A stretch of DNA of 60,008 nucleotides, the filler included, from Sluysia triapertura (Eukaryota): the NCBI GenBank assembly GCA_046118255.1. It is 4 parts of 4 records of this genome, joined end to end, with 100 filler letters (N's around TTAATTAATTAA, not from the genome) between each part and the next. Parts side by side here need not be neighbours in the genome. Positions count along the whole stretch, not along the records: positions 48,405 to 60,008 come from JBJNIA010182923.1; 3 more parts are not named here. The stretch is one strand, 5' to 3'. Shown piece by piece: positions 56,640 to 60,008 of this stretch; position 1 is the stretch's first letter; the number at the start of each line of letters is the position of its first letter. The translations under genes and the position numbers were made by a program. The notes under the pieces are model-generated. The model was not told the DNA's origin, searched no databases, and saw nothing but the letters and a program-made list of their open reading frames with translations.

Positions 56640-57120
56640 TGTTAGACTTCGTCAAATGGACTGACCGGGGATCGAACCTGGGACCTCTAGCTGCGCAGTT
56701 CGATGTTTAAAAAAACGTATTAATATAATAGTTTGTCTCTTCTTTTTCTTTTTTTAGAGAAGAAATGTAATCTTCTTTCTTCTATTCAGGGACCTTGTAG
56801 TACATGGTCGCGATATGTGTTATTCGAGGACTCCACAGCTAGTCGTACACACTGTCGTACCAGGTTCTTGATTTCGGTCTTGTGGAAGCCAAGTGCCTTG
56901 AGAAGCTTGTCATTCTCGGGATCCCATGAGCCCAAGGCTCCAACGACGAATGTATCCAGAGACACCTTGCACTTCAGTTGTTCCCGTAGTTTGCCCTGTC
57001 GATTAGAATACTTCGCAATATTGGTGGTTCAGGCTACCCAATGAGCTATCAGCCCGTCTAACAATTTTAGATTATTGTAATCAATTATACTAAATAGCAT
57101 TTTAGGCTTTCATCTCAACA
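56640..57120 (-). mobile_element. tRNA-containing TGTT...AACA repeat, interrupted by an RLE retrotransposon fragment
   Basis: The tRNA-like 3' part (56657-56709) and 5' part (57035-57055) match the uninterrupted copy at 57957-58016. Confidence 0.85.
56710..57034 (-). mobile_element. 5'-truncated RLE non-LTR retrotransposon (endonuclease C-terminus + 3' UTR)
   Basis: The minus strand encodes IAKYSNRQGKLREQLKCKVSLDTFVVGALGSWDPENDKLLKALGF...YRDHV, homologous to the end of ORF 52071-52631 but a different, GC-richer family. Confidence 0.85.
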
Positions 57121-57209
57121 AGCCTCACCCAATTCAATTGTGTTTGTCAGGCACCTTGTAAATCATTAATTTCAACATCAGAAGGGTATTTGATATGTGG
57201 ACTTCGGTA

Positions 57210-57341
57210 TGTTAGACTTCATAAAATGGACTGACTGGAAATCGAGCCTGGGTTATCAGCCTGAGTTATCAGCCCCGTCTAACAATTTTAGGTTATTATA
57301 ATCAATCACACTAAATGGTACTTTAGGCCTTTATTTCAACA
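57210..57341 (-). mobile_element. Internally deleted copy of the tRNA-containing repeat
   Basis: TGTTAGACTTCATAAAATGGACTGA...GTTATCAGCC (x2)...GTCTAACAATTTTAG...TTTCAACA. Confidence 0.8.
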
Positions 57342-57956
57342 GTACCAATGAATTTATTACTATAGATTAAAGGTTTTATAGATTAATTAATTAACAAAGA
57401 CCAAAGAATTGAATTAGATTGAAACATTAATTGATTGAACCATCAAATATGTGTCACTGTTTTCGATAACGTTAATTCTTATTTCATAACTCAAATTTCC
57501 TTGAGGTAGAAATGTATGCGATTAAGCAAAGCGTCAAATAGATTAGTCGTACATTAAAAAAAATTCACATTTATAGATCTTGAAATATTAAGATATTTTT
57601 TATTATTAAAAAAGATGTTTTTAAATACAATGAAGAGAGAATATTGAAAATATTGTAAATGTATTTTTAATCGCCACGCAAGAGTGATAAAGCTTATAAA
57701 TATAAATCTTACTATTTGCTGTGATTTCTTTAATCTTTTACTCACAACCAATTATATATTATTACGGGTTCTCTTGTAATCCTGTGATAAATATCCTTAC
57801 GTAAGACACGGTTACAGGTTTTGATCAAATCTCTGCTAACGAGGGTCCTTAAGTAATGCTACGAGTCGAAATATCAAATATCGCATTATACTTCTTACGA
57901 ATAGAATTTCTTTAATTAAATTAAACTTTAAACAAAAAATTACATTCTTTCAAATT

Positions 57957-58084
57957 GATCGAACTCGGGACCTCTAGCTGCGCAGTTCGATGCTTTACCA
58001 CTGAGCTATCAGCCCCGTCTAACAGTTTTAATTTATTATAGTCAATGATACCGTAATGGTACTTTAGACCTTTTAACTCCAACA
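57957..58084 (-). mobile_element. Truncated copy of the tRNA-containing repeat (pseudo-tRNA 5' two-thirds intact)
   Basis: The minus strand reads GGGGCTGATAGCTCAGTGGTAAAGCATCGAACTGCGCAGCTAGAGGTCCCGAGTTCGATC, with A and B boxes. Confidence 0.85.
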
Positions 58085-60008
58085 ATATAATAACACAATA
58101 AGATTAAAATTAAGGATATTCTCCTTAGTTGTTTAAATATTTTAAAAAATAAATTGAACTGGGAGGAATTCTTGGCTTTTAAAGTAAATAACAATTTAAG
58201 TACGATTTTAAGACTAAGTGAGTTAAAGCCAAATACTTAAAATAATTAATTTATGATGAAATGGATTTTCTTATCAAAAAATTGTTCCTATGTTATGATC
58301 GAATGATTTGACGTTTGAAATGAATTCCAACCAAAACTAAGATTAATTCTGCAATGATGCAAAAATATCTGACTTGCGATAAATCTTTGCGTTTTTTGAG
58401 TTTATGATTTTGTTGTATATAAATTTTATAGAAGTTCCATATTTATACCTTAAAACAATCTTATTATATCATAAAAATACTGTAAAATATTTTCATTACC
58501 TTCTATGTCGTAAAATAAATATAAATATTTTTATAATTATATTAAAATAAACATAAGCATAAATTTTAAAATTTCTTTGAATTTATATTTAAAATAATTT
58601 AAAATTTTATTTACAATTTTTTAAATTTTTTGCTAAATGACGCTTAATTTTACAATTGAAAATGAAGTGTTTAAAATGTTTTTTAATGTACATCTTTACA
58701 AATACTTCCTCTTCCGGGAAGATTCGTCCCGAATCTAAAAATGAATCAAAAGAGAAAAATCATGCGAATTAAATAAGGAAAACACAAATTATAATCAAAA
58801 TTCTTCATTAGTATCGATACTATATAATTTTACTCTGCAGAACTCACTTAACATTTCTTCCGTTAATCTTCTTTGATATTTATTATATCTATAATCTCCA
58901 TATTCTTCGTCAAAATTGCACTTTATTTTTGTCTCTTGTTATTGTTATTGCCTTTATGAAATAATGTTGGGATTGTCCTACTGTTTATTAGAAAAAGCAT
59001 GAGAAACATATAGAACTATAACGCGAAGAAAGAACTGATACCAAATGATGGATTGAGCTTTGTAGGCAGCGTTTAAATGAGATTCGTAAAAATTAAAGCA
59101 CTTGTGGTAATTGTGACAGCTAAAGAACACCTTGACATTCCAAAGACCTATATAAGGTGTCAAGACCTTGTGGAGGCTTGAAGATGACTTAAAAACCTTT
59201 GAAGGTTAATTTTGAACTTGTTAACCTTTAAGTATTCAGGAAGCCTTGATAAGCATCTGTAAAGTATAATTGTGTTATAATATTTGTATTTTATACATTT
59301 TATAATTAGTTTTTATATATTAGTTAAAAAATTATATTGTTATTAAAATTAATTAAAAAGAATTTAAAAAAAGAATAAAAATATTAAATAATATTAAAAA
59401 ATATTAAAATTAAAAAAGAATAAAAACATTAAATAATATTTTGTTTAAATTGGAAATATTATTATTGACAAATAAAGGTAATTTAATTTTAAGTATAATA
59501 TTTATTTTTAGCATAAAGAAATACTTTTTGGATAAAGAAAGTAATAATTTTAGATTAAGCAGCCATATTTAAAATTTTAGTATAAATATAATAAACTTAA
59601 ATTGAAAATTTCATAAAATAATAACAAGAGAAGAACCACAACAGTAGCAGCAGCAACAGAAGATAAATTAACTTACCAGAAGAATTGATTTTAATATTTT
59701 TTCTTAGTAGATCCATGTCCAAGTAATTAATTTTTTATTAAGTATCAGAACTTCACTTTAACAGGAAGTTAAAAATGATACTTAAATTAATACAACACCT
59801 TACACGGGTTGTGTAATTTAAATTTTAAAATTCCTAAAATCATCCAGCAACTAAGGTTGATTGCAATCTTAAAATCTATTATTGTTATTATATTTGTGGC
59901 TATTTGTTTGTGACATTTTGTAAGACGTTTCAAGATATTTTTGGTTTATAATAAATAGTTAAGTTCGTTAAATATTATTTTATTAATTTAAAATATATTT
60001 TACAAAAA

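Noticed and set aside
56733-57044. Plus-strand 103-aa ORF
   Set aside because: Antisense shadow of the minus-strand RLE fragment. The same applies to the short ORFs opposite Kv1, the hAT and the NeSL-like element.
57957-58016. Functional tRNA gene (GCG in the anticodon position)
   Set aside because: The anticodon stem does not pair, the 3' acceptor strand is missing in this copy, and the other copies are interrupted or deleted.

Overview
Very AT-rich eukaryotic (animal, probably invertebrate/lophotrochozoan-like) genomic DNA from a draft assembly. It has six 100-nt gaps; three of them carry an artificial TTAATTAATTAA linker, so the window may join independent contigs. One clearly intact gene is present: an intronless Shaker/Kv1 potassium channel (minus strand, ~34.5-36.6 kb). 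There is also a RING-H2 (RNF38/44-like) ORF or terminal exon, and apparently truncated intronless fragments of PP4 catalytic subunit, Misato/DML1 and a RIO2-like kinase. The rest is mostly decayed mobile DNA: a full-length but dead hAT transposon with 18-bp TIRs, an internally deleted NeSL-like RLE non-LTR retrotransposon (zinc fingers + Ulp1-type protease + RLE), a LINE 3' end, a gag zinc knuckle, and several small dispersed repeat families. The two most unusual items are (i) a ~130-160 bp TGTT...AACA-bounded repeat family containing a tRNA-like cloverleaf, one copy of which has an RLE retrotransposon tail inserted in the tRNA D-loop, and (ii) a ~5 kb co-oriented island of unrecognised ORFs containing a RIO2-like pseudokinase fragment, possibly an endogenous virus or gene-capturing transposon. 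All homology calls are from recognising motifs by eye; no searches were run.
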